From a virus (Duplodnaviria > Caudoviricetes), in the IMG/VR virus record IMGVR_UViG_3300006805_000023: a stretch of DNA of 64,000 nucleotides, one strand, 5' to 3'. A model generated the notes under the pieces. It was not told the DNA's origin and did not search any database. It saw only the letters and a program-made list of their open reading frames with translations. Below are positions 42,131-51,594 of this stretch, piece by piece (position 1 is the first letter of the stretch; each line of letters begins with the position of its first letter). The translations under genes and the position numbers were made by a program.

Positions 42131-43288
42131 ATGGACCAAAAACCACTACCAACGCCGGAGCCAGGCGTCTTCCCTATTCCAGGGCCTTGTTACTACCTGA
42201 CCGGCCCCGACGCCTTCGTCCAGCTCAAGGAAACCCTGAGCAAGGCTCCGACGGACGAGGAGGCCAAGAAGGCTCTGGACGAATTTGTGATCAAGTTCCC
42301 TGACGTGGCCCGGTGGATGAAATGGCAAACTGGAGATGTCGAGAAGGCCCTCAGCCAAATCGAGCCAGCCCCTGAGCAACGCACCGCGTGGAATGGTAGG
42401 ATGCAGGCCCTTAGCATCAAGCATCAGAAGAGCATCGAGCGGGCTACCAACGTTGTTATGCAGCGCAATGCTCTCAACTTCAACATCCAAGGCACGTTGA
42501 CTGGCCGTGTGAGCGGCAGCGCCTCGAACGTGACCGAGGAGCCTAGAATCCGAGGCTGCACAAGAGCTGAGCTGGCTGAGAGGTACGATGTGTTTCTGCG
42601 CGAAGTCCGGCTGGTTCAACGCGACCTCGGTTTATTCAAGAAGAAGCCTACGAAGCCCACGGTGTGCTGGCCGATCCGAATGTGGCGCAAGCTCACTGGG
42701 TGGAAGCGTCCAGCCAAGCCGGGGCGCAAGATCCTGGACAACGAGGAACTGCACCGCTGGGCTGACCGCATCTTCAAGCGGTATCTGACAGACGCTCCCT
42801 ATATCATCCGGACCTTCTGGGGCGGATCGGTCGCTTTCATCACCAAGGACGTAGGCGGCATGCAGATGTGGTATTGCTCGTCCTTCGGGACCTGTTCCAA
42901 CAAGTCGCTCCAGTATGGGCTGCGCGTCGGCACGCTCACGAACTCCCCTGAGGCTTCGTTAGCAATGTTCAGATTGAGCTATCCTGGACTGTTCGACGGA
43001 ACAGTGGTCCCCCGAACATTTGACGAGGGGCTGTGGTGGTGGAACAAACGCTGTAGCCTGACCCCTCAGGGAGACCAGAAGCTAATGTTCAACAAGAAGG
43101 GCGAATCGTGGTGGTGGCAGGTTGTTGAGGGCAATTATTGGGCGGTCTTCAAGGGCAACCGCAGGATTTGGCCGATCAGCCGCGACGTCCAGCCGCTCAC
43201 CCCGAGGGACGCCATGATCGGGCTGCGGCTCCACGACCCAAGGATGTTGCCGATCGAAACCTTCAAAGGCTTCAAAGGAAAACTCTGA
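42131..43288 (+). CDS. hypothetical protein with embedded PolA-like motif fragment
   Basis: 385 aa; FNIQGTLTGRVSGSASN. Confidence 0.7.
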   Translation: MDQKPLPTPEPGVFPIPGPCYYLTGPDAFVQLKETLSKAPTDEEAKKALDEFVIKFPDVARWMKWQTGDVEKALSQIEPAPEQRTAWNGRMQALSIKHQKSIERATNVVMQRNALNFNIQGTLTGRVSGSASNVTEEPRIRGCTRAELAERYDVFLREVRLVQRDLGLFKKKPTKPTVCWPIRMWRKLTGWKRPAKPGRKILDNEELHRWADRIFKRYLTDAPYIIRTFWGGSVAFITKDVGGMQMWYCSSFGTCSNKSLQYGLRVGTLTNSPEASLAMFRLSYPGLFDGTVVPRTFDEGLWWWNKRCSLTPQGDQKLMFNKKGESWWWQVVEGNYWAVFKGNRRIWPISRDVQPLTPRDAMIGLRLHDPRMLPIETFKGFKGKL

Positions 43289-43289
43289 C

Positions 43290-44594
43290 ATGGACCTCTT
43301 GCCGAACCTCCCGCCCAACCTCCCACCGCCGGAACTCTCAACCCCAGAGCAGAGAAAGGCAGCCTTCATGCGTGCCATGGGGGAGCTGCACAAGCACCAG
43401 AAGGCCATTGTGGGTCTGACCAACCACGTCCGGCTCCTGCAGACCCTCGCCAAGGGCACCATGAAGGAGCGCATGCTGGTGGCTCTCCAAAACGCTGGCC
43501 CTCTTTATCAAACGCTTTGCCCACGCAAGTACCGCGACATCCCGACGCACGCTTCGCCGCGCAACCTGCTCATTATGTGCGTCCTTGCAGCTCTCGTGTT
43601 CAGGGACTATGGGGCCGTCAACGGCTTTGACCTGAAGAACATGCGGCCCGAGCAATACGCGGACCTCATGAAGCGGTCGGATTCGATGTCGCATGGTTAC
43701 GCGAAGGAGAACAGCCTGAGGCTGTGGCGTGTGATGGGCGACATGATCGAGAATGACTCGCCAACCTACTACCTCGACCAGGAGGCTTCCGAGGAAATGC
43801 TGGAGACCCAGTGTGACGACCTCAAGATGACGTGGGACGACTTCGACTGGCCTCACCCGGTCTTCATGTTGATGCCTCCGATTGGCTTGTACAAGAACAG
43901 CCCGCTGCTCATTCTGGCACACCGTGACGACCAGTACGTGACCTTCACAGGTCTGACAGAGGAGATGGTGGACTACAACCAGAAGCTGTTCGCCACCGAG
44001 TTTCCGATCAAGAGCGAGATCGGAGCTTCGGTCAAGAGCTTGATGGACGCCAAATACCACAGGCTCATAGGAGGAGACAAGATCCGGGACATGGAGGACG
44101 GCCTCAGGGATTTCATCAACAAGACCATGCAGGTGTGCGTCAACGCCCTGCTGGCCATGGTGGCGGAGCCCAAGTTTGAGGAGCTGGAGAAGTCAGGCGC
44201 GCAACCACGCCCAGCCAGTCAAGAGCGCCGTGCGCGTGACCCGTCTGCCCTCTGGAATCCGACCTTCTTCAAGATGGAACGGACCAGACAGGCGTCGGAG
44301 GGGAGTAGCGATGGTAAGGGCGGTCACCGACGCCCCCACCCACGGCGAGCGCACTGGAAGAGCGTCTGGCTGGACGGCAGCGAGGACACCCAACTGGAAC
44401 CGGGGAAACGTGCCAGGCACACCCAAGACCAGCGGGTCGCCCATTGGGTCACGAGCATTGAAGGTGACGTCGTGACCCTCAAAAACGCCGCTGGTGAGGA
44501 GAAGTCCGTGCACCGCTCCGAGGTGAAGCCGTCCAAGGTCAAGTTCCGGTGGATCAAACGCCGGATCGTCGGGCTCAAGAACCACCTAGCTTGA
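43290..44594 (+). CDS. hypothetical phage protein
   Basis: 434 aa; C-terminal HPRRAHW ... RWIKRRIVG motif. Confidence 0.75.
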   Translation: MDLLPNLPPNLPPPELSTPEQRKAAFMRAMGELHKHQKAIVGLTNHVRLLQTLAKGTMKERMLVALQNAGPLYQTLCPRKYRDIPTHASPRNLLIMCVLAALVFRDYGAVNGFDLKNMRPEQYADLMKRSDSMSHGYAKENSLRLWRVMGDMIENDSPTYYLDQEASEEMLETQCDDLKMTWDDFDWPHPVFMLMPPIGLYKNSPLLILAHRDDQYVTFTGLTEEMVDYNQKLFATEFPIKSEIGASVKSLMDAKYHRLIGGDKIRDMEDGLRDFINKTMQVCVNALLAMVAEPKFEELEKSGAQPRPASQERRARDPSALWNPTFFKMERTRQASEGSSDGKGGHRRPHPRRAHWKSVWLDGSEDTQLEPGKRARHTQDQRVAHWVTSIEGDVVTLKNAAGEEKSVHRSEVKPSKVKFRWIKRRIVGLKNHLA

Positions 44595-44619
44595 CAAGCG
44601 TCGGCTTGTGTGATAGAGT
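44591..44619 (+). promoter_or_regulatory. sigma70-type promoter (leadered)
   Basis: TTGACA-N17-TAGAGT; next in-frame ATG 44654. Confidence 0.75.
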
Positions 44620-44653
44620 TCCAGTCAAGTTACGAAACCCAGCACCTGTCAAC

Positions 44654-44989
44654 ATGGACGACTTACTCTTACTGCAGCACACCCTCGGCCAAGACCACTT
44701 CACCGTCAAAGAAGTCGTCCTCGATGGCGTTTTCATGGTCGCCATCAAGACCAACGGAAGAGCAATCCCGAAGGCCTTCGTCGCCAAGTGGGAAAAGGCT
44801 CTGGGTCAGGCCGGAGCAAAACTCGATGAGGCCTGTGGTTCGGATAATGGCGAGACCACGACCCGTCGTTACGAGGTCCCGGTGCTGCGCGACACCATCT
44901 TCCTGATCACCACGGCCAAGAAGCTCTGGAAAACCGATTACCTCTCCGCCAAAATCACAGTCAGCACCACCTACGAAGTCACCCAATGA
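44654..44989 (+). CDS. hypothetical protein
   Basis: start at 44654. Confidence 0.6.
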   Translation: MDDLLLLQHTLGQDHFTVKEVVLDGVFMVAIKTNGRAIPKAFVAKWEKALGQAGAKLDEACGSDNGETTTRRYEVPVLRDTIFLITTAKKLWKTDYLSAKITVSTTYEVTQ

Positions 44990-45420
44990 ACCCAGCCCTC
45001 CACCAAAACGATGCCAGGAGCATCGCCACCGCCATCGTCGAAGACCTCCTCAAGGATATGGTGCCGAAGGACAAAACCTTCGACCATGTTCAGATCCACA
45101 ACCGAAGCCTTGCAGATGGCTTCATCGGCCAGGGTCCGTTCCTGTCACGACCCGCTCTTGAGAGCAAGCTGCAGTCCATCCTGAAGAAGCACCTCGGTAC
45201 TGCCCTGGAGCGCGACGGGCGCGACATCGGGACGGCTGCCCCGCAGGAGAAGGCCGACTTTTTCGCGGAGGATCTGGCTGCCCTTGAAAAGGCCTACGAC
45301 GCCAGTGTTTCTACCGGCGTCAACGTCGCTGGCGGCGGTGGCCTCTGGCTCAACCTGATGATTGGGGACAAGCACGGCAACGTGTTCCTCGGCAGCGCAA
45401 AGGATCGCGGAACCTACTAA
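44986..45420 (+). CDS. hypothetical protein
   Basis: 144 aa; ATGA overlap. Confidence 0.65.
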   Translation: MNPALHQNDARSIATAIVEDLLKDMVPKDKTFDHVQIHNRSLADGFIGQGPFLSRPALESKLQSILKKHLGTALERDGRDIGTAAPQEKADFFAEDLAALEKAYDASVSTGVNVAGGGGLWLNLMIGDKHGNVFLGSAKDRGTY

Positions 45421-45424
45421 AGCC

Positions 45425-45937
45425 ATGGCACATCCAAACAACGAGCAAGGGTCTCACACCAAGCTGGTCGCCACTAAAGTCCCCGAGGGATTCGTGCTCT
45501 ACGAGCGTGCTGGCGTCGGCGATAATCAGAACGTGCTCCTGTCGCGTGCCAGAATGCTTGAACACCGCAACGACTTGGTAGCCAAACACGGGGAGGACGT
45601 CGGGCTCGCCTATCAGATGGAAGGCCGGTCGGGTCTGCAGAAAGCACCGTCCCGTTACTTCTGCGTCTTGGCCCCCATCACGGAGCCCGTGCTGGTCCCG
45701 TCGGGTCATCGCTACATCGACGCCGTGGATGTGCTCTACCGGACGATCTGGCAGAAACAAGAGGAGCTGAACGACCACGTCCGGGCGGTCCTTGAGAGAT
45801 CTCCGCCCGAGAATGAGGTGCAACGCATGATCGGCTTCGTCCAAGGGGTCAACTCGATCCGTGGCTGGCCCGTTTGCCTTGGCCTCACCAGCGACATCAT
45901 CGAATATCAGCAGCGGCAGCGACGCGCTCAGCGCTGA
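45425..45937 (+). CDS. hypothetical protein
   Basis: start at ATG 45425. Confidence 0.7.
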   Translation: MAHPNNEQGSHTKLVATKVPEGFVLYERAGVGDNQNVLLSRARMLEHRNDLVAKHGEDVGLAYQMEGRSGLQKAPSRYFCVLAPITEPVLVPSGHRYIDAVDVLYRTIWQKQEELNDHVRAVLERSPPENEVQRMIGFVQGVNSIRGWPVCLGLTSDIIEYQQRQRRAQR

Positions 45938-45944
45938 GGAGGAC

Positions 45945-45973
45945 TTGACAGGCGCTAAGAAGCGTGTTATACT
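45945..45973 (+). promoter_or_regulatory. sigma70-type promoter, leaderless
   Basis: TTGACA-N17-TATACT, ATG 45979 after 5 nt. Confidence 0.9.
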
Positions 45974-45978
45974 TCGCA

Positions 45979-46704
45979 ATGAACCCAATGCCGTATAAGA
46001 TCAGAGCACGCAATCAAGCACTGGATGATGATGGTAAGCCGATCATGCCGGTCTGTAGGGAGTGTGGAGTTCCGGTCATCGTGTGCATTGAGTTCAAAAT
46101 ACACCCGTCGAACACTACCCTGTATAAGTCCAATGATGCTCGGTTTCGCTGCTGGAAAAGGCGCATAGCGAAGTGGGAGTCTGGCTTCAAATTCATGTCC
46201 CACTCCAAAGGCCGTAAGCTCTCTCAAGCCAACAAGGACAAGCTTAGGGCTGCGAACCTTGGTCGTAAGCTCTCTCAAGAAGCCAAAGACAAAATAGGTG
46301 CTGCAAATCGTGGACGCAAGCACTCTCAGGAGGTTAGAAATAAACAGAGCGCGATGAGGACAGGCCGCAAGCTCTCTCAGGAACACAGGGACAAACTGAG
46401 AGCCGCCAGTTCAGGCAAGACGCACACTCAGGAGACCAGAAACAAAATGAGTGCAGCACTCAGCGGTCGCGAGTTCTCCCAGGAACACAGGGACAAACTG
46501 AGAGCCGCGAGTCTTGGTCGTAAGCACTCCCAAGAAGCTAAGGACAAAGTGAGTGCCGCTGTTCTAGGACGTAGGCATTCCCAGGAGACTAGAGAGAAAC
46601 TTAGTGCTATCCACAGAGTCTCTGGCAACATCGAAAAGTTGCTTCAGCGTCGTCGTGACCGTTCCGCTCTCAAGCGCCTAGCAGCCCTAACAAAGATCTC
46701 ATGA
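45979..46704 (+). CDS. NUMOD3-repeat DNA-binding protein
   Basis: eight 17-aa GRKLSQEx(K/R)xKxxAA repeats. Confidence 0.85.
   Translation: MNPMPYKIRARNQALDDDGKPIMPVCRECGVPVIVCIEFKIHPSNTTLYKSNDARFRCWKRRIAKWESGFKFMSHSKGRKLSQANKDKLRAANLGRKLSQEAKDKIGAANRGRKHSQEVRNKQSAMRTGRKLSQEHRDKLRAASSGKTHTQETRNKMSAALSGREFSQEHRDKLRAASLGRKHSQEAKDKVSAAVLGRRHSQETREKLSAIHRVSGNIEKLLQRRRDRSALKRLAALTKIS
46210..46617 (+). repeat. 8 x 51-bp degenerate coding tandem repeat (NUMOD3)
   Basis: period 17 aa within 45979..46704. Confidence 0.85.
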
Positions 46705-47381
46705 AGACCACACCCACCACACTAGAAATGTCAACCGCTGATCAAGCTCAGCTCTTCGGCATCCAGTTCGACGAGAGAGTCATCGTCGAAACCGACCTTC
46801 AAAAAGAAGCCCGGATCAAGGCGATGCTCAAGCAGATCGGGCCGCTGATCACCAGCGCCCTCCAGCAAATCCACCAAGCTGGCCTCATCATCGTCCGCCT
46901 GCTGGACGAAGATCGTGTCCCAATGACCGAGATCGTCGAGGCGTCTGCGATTCCGAGATCTATTCTCAAGAGGCTGGAGCAGGTGGGGCGTCAGAAGATG
47001 CACCCGTCCCTCTACTTGGGTGAAAAGGGCTACAGCGAGGCCGTTGCTCGACTCCCCTATTCAACCCAGGTCCACTTGCTCGACGAAGACGGGTCGGTTG
47101 ATGTGCTGGTCGGCGGTGGTGATGTCTTGCAGGTCAAGCTCGACGCGCTCCAGCCCATCCAAATCAAGCAGGTGTTCGGCGACGACAAGATCCGGACGGT
47201 AGCTGAGCAGCGTGCCTGGGTTGAGGGTCAGAAGACCCTCGCCCGGATCAACCAAACGGACGCCAGCAAGACTAACGCCCCATATGAGGTGGCCGGTAAG
47301 AAGCTGACGGTGCACACCCCGATGAGCTTCTCGCTCAAGCAGCTCGAACGAATCGTCGCCCAGATGAAGTCCTCCTCGTAG
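46701..47381 (+). CDS. hypothetical protein
   Basis: 226 aa; ATGA overlap. Confidence 0.75.
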   Translation: MKTTPTTLEMSTADQAQLFGIQFDERVIVETDLQKEARIKAMLKQIGPLITSALQQIHQAGLIIVRLLDEDRVPMTEIVEASAIPRSILKRLEQVGRQKMHPSLYLGEKGYSEAVARLPYSTQVHLLDEDGSVDVLVGGGDVLQVKLDALQPIQIKQVFGDDKIRTVAEQRAWVEGQKTLARINQTDASKTNAPYEVAGKKLTVHTPMSFSLKQLERIVAQMKSSS

Positions 47382-47386
47382 AGGAC

Positions 47387-47415
47387 TTGACAGGTGATAA
47401 GGGCTGTGTTATCTT
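47387..47415 (+). promoter_or_regulatory. sigma70-type promoter, leaderless
   Basis: TTGACA-N17-TATCTT, ATG 47421 after 5 nt. Confidence 0.9.
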
Positions 47416-47420
47416 TCCAC

Positions 47421-47897
47421 ATGGCCACCTCCCCTAATTCCCCCTCCCAGTTGTCCGTTGCTAAACTCCGTGCTTGGATGAAAACGAATGGCGCTGAGGT
47501 TGCCAAACTGATCAAGCTGCGCGAGTTCGCCGAATCAGAAAAGAAGCGCGTCACGGCCTACACAACCCCGGTTCTGGCCGAATACGGCTTCGTTAACTCA
47601 GACACCGGTGCCGTCATCACAACGGACGAAAGCCTGTTCATGTGCGAGGGTGACGAGGCCAGGATCAACGAGTACTACCAGCGCACCTATGAACTGCACG
47701 CTGCGAACGGATGGACTGGAAACCACGAGTCTTGCCCAGCACTGGTGGCCGATTATGCTGCCATCAACCAAGAGAACGTGCTGCTTCCCCTGCTCGCCCA
47801 GCTCATGGGGGTGACGCTGGAGCAGCTGCAATTCAAGTATCTCACTGCTAAGAAGGCTGTCGAACTCGTCGTTGACTTCTACAAATCACGCAACTAG
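47421..47897 (+). CDS. hypothetical protein
   Basis: start moved to 47421. Confidence 0.75.
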   Translation: MATSPNSPSQLSVAKLRAWMKTNGAEVAKLIKLREFAESEKKRVTAYTTPVLAEYGFVNSDTGAVITTDESLFMCEGDEARINEYYQRTYELHAANGWTGNHESCPALVADYAAINQENVLLPLLAQLMGVTLEQLQFKYLTAKKAVELVVDFYKSRN

Positions 47898-48406
47898 GAC
47901 TGGACCGGGCGACCCGGACCCTGCAGCCTCTTGTAACGTAGAAACGTCAGAGGTCCCTCCTGCCTGATCACTTCAGGCTGCTCGAACAGATGCTCAAACG
48001 GCGGCATGACGACATCACCTTCTGGGATCTCGTCCACCATCGTGAGCAACAGCTCCTGACAACTCGGCAGGAGCTGCTCGTACATCCTGGCCCCGCCGAT
48101 CACGAAGATTTTGTCGCGATCATAGGTGACCTCTCCGAGCTTGCTCAAGCTGCTGATCAGGATGACCTCGCCTGGCAGCGGATCGAGGGTACCGGACACC
48201 ACGATGTTGACCCGGTTGGGGAGGCCGAGGGGCCGATCGAGTGACTCGTAGGTGCGGCTCCCCATCAGGACCGTGTGGCCGGTGGTCACTTCTTTGAAGT
48301 ACTTCATGTCGGCTGAGTGCTTCCAAGGGATCGTGAGACCGTTACCGATCACGCGGTTACGAGCCATGGCTGCGATGGCAACAAGGTGTAGGGGTTGGGT
48401 ATTCAT
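47894..48406 (-). CDS. folA: dihydrofolate reductase
   Basis: AAMARNRVIG...IPW..ADMKYFKEVTTGHTVLMGSRTYES, FVIGGA. Confidence 0.95.
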   Translation of the reverse strand: MNTQPLHLVAIAAMARNRVIGNGLTIPWKHSADMKYFKEVTTGHTVLMGSRTYESLDRPLGLPNRVNIVVSGTLDPLPGEVILISSLSKLGEVTYDRDKIFVIGGARMYEQLLPSCQELLLTMVDEIPEGDVVMPPFEHLFEQPEVIRQEGPLTFLRYKRLQGPGRPVQS

Positions 48407-48633
48407 GGGCGAAAGGCTTCGAGAAGAGCGATGATGTCGCTGACAAGGTGAGGCCCCTGCGGTATCCCAGCTTTTATAGCAGCGTCCAGGATGTCCTTCA
48501 GGTCCTGGTTGCGCCTGTCCTCGTGCGACTTGAGGCAACGCCCGTTCTGGTGCTGGCGTGACATGCCATAGCCGATCGGCTTCTTGCAGTGCTCACAGAT
48601 GGGGCGATCCCAGGACTCGTCTTCTACGCTCAT
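48403..48633 (-). CDS. small Zn-binding hypothetical protein
   Basis: CEHC ... H ... C. Confidence 0.6.
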   Translation of the reverse strand: MSVEDESWDRPICEHCKKPIGYGMSRQHQNGRCLKSHEDRRNQDLKDILDAAIKAGIPQGPHLVSDIIALLEAFRP

Positions 48634-48651
48634 TCTGGGAAGAAAGCCCGG

Positions 48652-49053
48652 TCAGTCGGGGAACTTGACCCCCAGTTTGTCAGCCTTGAGGGCTTCAGCC
48701 TCGATCTCGGCGACCCACTCAGTCAGGTCATCCAGCTGGGCCTGGTTCTCCTGCCGCAACCGGTCCGCCCTTTCGCCGTCCACACCAGCCAGGGCTGCCA
48801 GATTGTCTTGGCAGATGAGAATCCGCGACCGCACTGCGTTGGCGTACCCCTCCAGGCCACGAGCCGTGAACTTGTCCTTGTACTTCATGACGAAGAACTG
48901 CTCACCGGGCTCTTCGTTGCCGTAGGTCAGGACTCCGGCCTCCTTGAGGAAGTCGAGCATACCCTGCAGGCGCGGGTCCTGTTTGAGAAGATCGAGATTG
49001 ACCAGAGCGTACTTGCCGCGTCCGTCGGCGTTGGTGTTGCGATGCAGTTTCAT
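48652..49053 (-). CDS. hypothetical phage protein
   Basis: FFVMKYKDKFTARGLEGYA resembles a common phage family. Confidence 0.75.
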   Translation of the reverse strand: MKLHRNTNADGRGKYALVNLDLLKQDPRLQGMLDFLKEAGVLTYGNEEPGEQFFVMKYKDKFTARGLEGYANAVRSRILICQDNLAALAGVDGERADRLRQENQAQLDDLTEWVAEIEAEALKADKLGVKFPD

Positions 49054-49101
49054 GTGGGGAATGTGGGTTGCCCTACATAAGAAAACTGCTTTCTCATCGG
49101 G

Positions 49102-49572
49102 ATGGAACTACACAACCCGACAGGACTCTCTGGACCCCGTACCAGCCACTACGTTTGCGAAACCTGCGTCAAGGTCATCGCCTGCGTCGAGGTCAGCCCT
49201 GGCATCATCCCAGCGAGGATCGGGTGTGTGTTCGGATGTGGCAAGCGGATGTTCTCGACCTTCTACATCCCACTCCCGGACGACGCACCGCCGGTGCCGG
49301 TGACTCACGAGTTTTACCGGCCTGAGGGTAGCGAACTGGTCCAGATCAAGGGTCACAACCACAAAATGCTGATGTACGTCTGGCGTAGCGGCGAGCTGTG
49401 GCTGCGCAAACGCACCGAGGCCGACACGATCCACCACATCACGCAGGTCACCAAGGCCAGGGTGCTGGCCGACATGCGCAAGAAGCTCGATGAGGTCGAG
49501 CTGTTCTTCACCTGCACCGGGCTTCCCAGGGCGAAGGCCCTGAGCACCAAGAAGCTGACACTGGGCGGCTAA
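49102..49572 (+). CDS. Zn-ribbon hypothetical protein
   Basis: CETC ... CVFGC, HEFYRP. Confidence 0.7.
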   Translation: MELHNPTGLSGPRTSHYVCETCVKVIACVEVSPGIIPARIGCVFGCGKRMFSTFYIPLPDDAPPVPVTHEFYRPEGSELVQIKGHNHKMLMYVWRSGELWLRKRTEADTIHHITQVTKARVLADMRKKLDEVELFFTCTGLPRAKALSTKKLTLGG

Positions 49573-49601
49573 GTAATGGGATTGACCGTGCACTCAACAG
49601 T

Positions 49602-49610
49602 GTTTTTATT
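49602..49610 (+). promoter_or_regulatory. possible late promoter (one mismatch)
   Basis: GTTTTTATT, 5 nt before ATG 49616. Confidence 0.35.
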
Positions 49611-49615
49611 TTCGT

Positions 49616-50278
49616 ATGAAAGTAAACGACCTCGTGGAGTCATTGTTGAACGAAAGCGCTGCCTGGACCTTCGACTACGGCGGGGAGTTTCCCCAAGCCT
49701 GGCGTGTCAATGTTGAGGGAGGTCTCGACGTCGTGTACACTGACTCAGGTGGACGTGACATCTCAGCGGTTGCTGACACCTGGCCCAAGGGAACCACCTT
49801 CGAGTCCTTGCCGGATCACGACCCTAGATCCAGAGCAGTGATCCGAGCAGATTCGGGCGAGGGTGCTGAGTACGACCTTGTCAACAGAGTCTCCGAGCTG
49901 ATAGATGGGGAAAACGCTCAGGAGGCGTGGGATCTAGTGATGAAAAACGGCAAAAGGGTGCGCGTCGGGAAGCCACCTACGCCCAGTAAAAAGGCCGCCA
50001 AAGATGCATTCCTCCAGGGAACCTGGGAGGCTATGATGGATGTGTGGGAAAACGCGCCTACCACGCCAGAAGGAAAGGCTGAGGCCATGGCCAGGGGGAA
50101 CAAAATGTACCAAAAAGCCAATAATCTCATGGTTGGTGACGAGAGGACTAGACTACAGAATGTGGCAACGTCCCTGAGAAGCGTCGGTGGTGGCTACGGG
50201 CCGAGCGATGACATGCGGAAGGCTCTGGAAGCACGAGCAAGAGGCGAGGCATCAAGACATCCGTGGGATGTGTATTAG
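49616..50278 (+). CDS. hypothetical protein with type-A tag
   Basis: MKVNDLVESLLNES. Confidence 0.75.
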   Translation: MKVNDLVESLLNESAAWTFDYGGEFPQAWRVNVEGGLDVVYTDSGGRDISAVADTWPKGTTFESLPDHDPRSRAVIRADSGEGAEYDLVNRVSELIDGENAQEAWDLVMKNGKRVRVGKPPTPSKKAAKDAFLQGTWEAMMDVWENAPTTPEGKAEAMARGNKMYQKANNLMVGDERTRLQNVATSLRSVGGGYGPSDDMRKALEARARGEASRHPWDVY

Positions 50279-50592
50279 TGCGGGACGCGCTGCAGACCAA
50301 GCGCCGTCAGGTCGATCACCCAGTCGTTCATGACTGCGCCTTCTTGGCGCTTGTGACCCTCGATCTCCAGCAAGTTGAAGCCGGAATCATAGGCCTCGTC
50401 CTCGTCGCTGGCTTCAACCAGCATCTTTGCAAACGAGATCCCGCCTGGATCAGTGTGGGGAATGACATCGGGCTGCGGCTGGCCGCTGGTCTTTTCGACC
50501 AGCCCGTTTAACAGGGAGACACTTTCTGGGTTTGCTGGAAGCACCTGGCACTGGACGTAGAGGTAGAGGCGGAGTGGGTCGTTTGGGATCAT
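50275..50592 (-). CDS. hypothetical protein
   Basis: 105 aa. Confidence 0.65.
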   Translation of the reverse strand: MIPNDPLRLYLYVQCQVLPANPESVSLLNGLVEKTSGQPQPDVIPHTDPGGISFAKMLVEASDEDEAYDSGFNLLEIEGHKRQEGAVMNDWVIDLTALGLQRVPH

Positions 50593-50950
50593 CCGCCACC
50601 CTACCCTTGCCCTCCTTAGCTGTCAATTCCGTTTTCAAGCCTCCGAGCAACGCCCCAAGGGTCCCAAGACGTTGTTCCATGTCGGCCAGCTTCTCCTCGT
50701 TGGCGGGGGTCCCCTGGCTCCAGTATCCGTACTGGCCGTCCACGCAGCTTACCTCCCTCCAGAGCGGGGTTGCCGTGCCGTTCCCTCCTAGTATGGCGCG
50801 TGCCAGGTCCCAGCACTTCTTCGTGGTCTGGCCCTCGACCACGCTCGTCGTGCTGCCGTAGCGGAGAATGGCAACCGGGTTGACGTAGCGGACGCCGTTT
50901 ACGGTGCGTCCGCCCTTGACCCTTGATACTTCAATGCTTGCAAACTTCAT
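50450..50950 (-). CDS. hypothetical protein (3' end uncertain)
   Basis: start MKFASIEV at 50950; long overlap with next gene. Confidence 0.5.
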   Translation of the reverse strand: MKFASIEVSRVKGGRTVNGVRYVNPVAILRYGSTTSVVEGQTTKKCWDLARAILGGNGTATPLWREVSCVDGQYGYWSQGTPANEEKLADMEQRLGTLGALLGGLKTELTAKEGKGRVADDPKRPTPPLPLRPVPGASSKPRKCLPVKRAGRKDQRPAAARCHSPH

Positions 50951-50951
50951 G

Positions 50952-50963
50952 CTAGATATAAAC
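50952..50963. promoter_or_regulatory. overlapping divergent late-type motifs
   Basis: CTAGATATA (+) 9 nt before ATG 50970; GTTTATATC (-) 4 nt before ATG 50950. Confidence 0.5.
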
Positions 50964-50969
50964 AACACC

Positions 50970-51236
50970 ATGCTCCAGCTCATCGAGACCCTCACCGAAG
51001 CCAAACCGAAGTGCCATTGCTCAGATGAGGGCATTCGCAAGATCATCAAAAGCGTGGGTGGCAACGTGGCCGAAATGCAGGAGACGCAGGCCCAGTTCGT
51101 CGTCACGGTCGAGCTTAGCAAAAACAACTTCGAGAAGCTCGAAAAGGCCATCAACGATAAGTTTCCGGACCACCTTCGCACTATCACGAAGTGTGGTCCG
51201 GCTCATGCCTCAGTGGCGATCTGGAAGAAGGACTAG
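50970..51236 (+). CDS. hypothetical protein with type-A-like tag
   Basis: MLQLIETLTEA. Confidence 0.65.
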   Translation: MLQLIETLTEAKPKCHCSDEGIRKIIKSVGGNVAEMQETQAQFVVTVELSKNNFEKLEKAINDKFPDHLRTITKCGPAHASVAIWKKD

Positions 51237-51556
51237 GCGGTGCGCGTCACGTAGTCCGTGATGAATTCGACTTCACCACCGATGTAAGCTTCGCGCTGGG
51301 TGCGGTTCGAGAAAGCGAACTCCCAGTCACCCATCGACGCTGTCAAGACGCCCTTGCCCAGTCCGATGGAGTCGTCACCAGTGACCTTAACCCAGGAGTC
51401 GGCGTGCTGCTGCACCATCTTAAGGACGCCGACGCGGCTCTTGCGGGAGGTGTAGCCTGCCAGGATCTTGGTGCCGTCAGGCCCGGTGGCGATAATCTCG
51501 TAGCGGGTCTTGAAGTTCTGGATGCGGGTCAGCTTGGCGGTAAGTTCGGGGCTCAT
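51233..51556 (-). CDS. hypothetical protein
   Basis: 107 aa, promoter-adjacent start. Confidence 0.75.
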   Translation of the reverse strand: MSPELTAKLTRIQNFKTRYEIIATGPDGTKILAGYTSRKSRVGVLKMVQQHADSWVKVTGDDSIGLGKGVLTASMGDWEFAFSNRTQREAYIGGEVEFITDYVTRTA

Positions 51557-51561
51557 TCAGG

Positions 51562-51590
51562 AACTTAACACAGGTTCTAGCACTTGTCAA
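51562..51590 (-). promoter_or_regulatory. sigma70-type promoter, leaderless
   Basis: TTGACA-N17-TAAGTT, ATG 51556 after 5 nt. Confidence 0.9.
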
Positions 51591-51594
51591 GTCC

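Noticed and set aside
46210-46617. Regular 51-bp repeats as a possible CRISPR array
   Set aside because: Units are contiguous, degenerate at wobble positions and in-frame (NUMOD3); there are no unique spacers. No CRISPR array was seen in the window.
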